A stretch of DNA of 64,000 nucleotides from Candidatus Omnitrophota bacterium (GTDB lineage: Bacteria > Omnitrophota > Gorgyraeia > Zapsychrales > Fredricksoniimonadaceae). Numbering within the stretch: position 1 is the stretch's first letter; each line of letters opens with the position of its first letter. Made by a program: the position numbers and the translations under genes. Positions 63,518 through 64,000 of the stretch are shown here, piece by piece. The stretch covers positions 1,285 through 65,284 of the forward strand of contig JADFXH010000006.1 of the NCBI GenBank assembly GCA_015233675.1, read 5' to 3'. Below the pieces are notes generated by a model, which was not told the origin of the DNA, made no database searches, and worked only from the letters and a program-made list of their open reading frames with translations.

Positions 63518-64000
63518 TTATGAAGGGAGACCCGCACTAAACATACCTTCGAATATCCCACTGCCAAGAAAAGTCCGAGTACCATCAAAATTTCTACAAA
63601 TTACTATAGAACTATCCGGCCAATCGAAAGAAAAGTAAGATTTAGGACATGTCAGCCGACCAGTACGGCTTCCCTGCCCGTCACCAGGAGTGACAGTTGC
63701 CGTAACTATGTATTCAACCGAATATAACGGATTCGTTTGCGCCATGCAGGAGGTTGAATTGCCGTCAATATTATATGTAAAATTCGATGAAGAAGGAGCT
63801 GTCAGAACATTCGTATTACAAGCGAAAGGATTGTGTGGGTCTGACCCATGCCCATAAAAATAGCCGTCTAAAGAATCTGCGTAACTTTTTAGATTAAGCG
63901 TTGCCTCAGAGGCATTTGAACGCGCAATCCAGCTAAAGTATGAAGATAAAGCTAAAGTCGATGCAATACTGAGGATAATCAAAACAACGATGATCTCAAT
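63518..64000 (-). CDS. Type IV pilin / pseudopilin-like protein, N-terminus beyond the window
   Basis: The reverse-strand frame is open to nt 64000 and reads IEIIVVLIILSIASTLALSSY..., the Glu5-containing hydrophobic N-terminal helix of prepilin-type proteins. ORF-track start 63982 is an internal TTG. Confidence 0.6.
   Translation of the reverse strand: MEIIVVLIILSIASTLALSSYFSWIARSNASEATLNLKSYADSLDGYFYGHGSDPHNPFACNTNVLTAPSSSNFTYNIDGNSTSCMAQTNPLYSVEYIVTATVTPGDGQGSRTGRLTCPKSYFSFDWPDSSIVICRNFDGTRTFLGSGIFEGMFSAGLPS

Overview
This is a 64-kb chromosomal fragment from a bacterium with a diderm-type envelope (beta-barrel porins, a TamB-like protein, pgsA/pgpA). It is probably an uncultivated lineage, but taxonomy cannot be established from the sequence alone. 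I call about 68 protein-coding genes and saw no rRNA, tRNA or CRISPR array. All family assignments below rest on motifs I read in the translations; no searches were run.

(1) nt 1-18.1k is a tightly packed, translationally coupled cluster that runs off the 5' edge. It holds ten radical SAM (rSAM) genes: four of cobalamin-binding type, one HemN-like, three with SPASM/twitch-like C-terminal Cys clusters, and two AslB-like tandem paralogues. They are interleaved with a DUF3419/BtaA-like SAM enzyme, a PanE-like reductase, a PaaK-like adenylating enzyme, a DegT aminotransferase, a GT-B glycosyltransferase, a deacetylase-like protein and a glutaminase-less AsnB-like PP-loop enzyme. This is the best candidate for an undescribed biosynthetic system.

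(2) nt 16.7-21.8k, minus strand, is an operon. It encodes a 342-aa protein with 34 Cys and a Flp/class-III prepilin N-terminus, a kinase-fold protein whose catalytic Asp is replaced by Asn, a GT-C membrane glycosyltransferase and a B12-type rSAM. A second, smaller Cys-rich Flp-like gene sits at 46.5k.

(3) The rest is mostly housekeeping:
- mscS and two pilT genes.
- An HExxH/ATP-grasp gene pair.
- pckA.
- A porin-pstSCAB-phoU-porin locus with Pho-box-like 11-bp tandem repeats upstream.
- A ParA-CBM48 fusion.
- rpsO-pnp-ftsK-rodZ-rimO-pgsA-pgpA.
- A riboflavin operon, ribBA-ribH-nusB-PHP-ribD-ribE, with no recognisable FMN riboswitch.
- fabZ.
- A 5'-truncated canonical type IV pilin gene at the 3' edge.

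Non-coding highlights are a GTTTAGCG-terminated palindromic MITE-like family (three copies), a 169-bp palindrome with perfect 28-bp termini, and a GC-rich ~145-nt intergenic element with long-range base pairing that may be a structured RNA.
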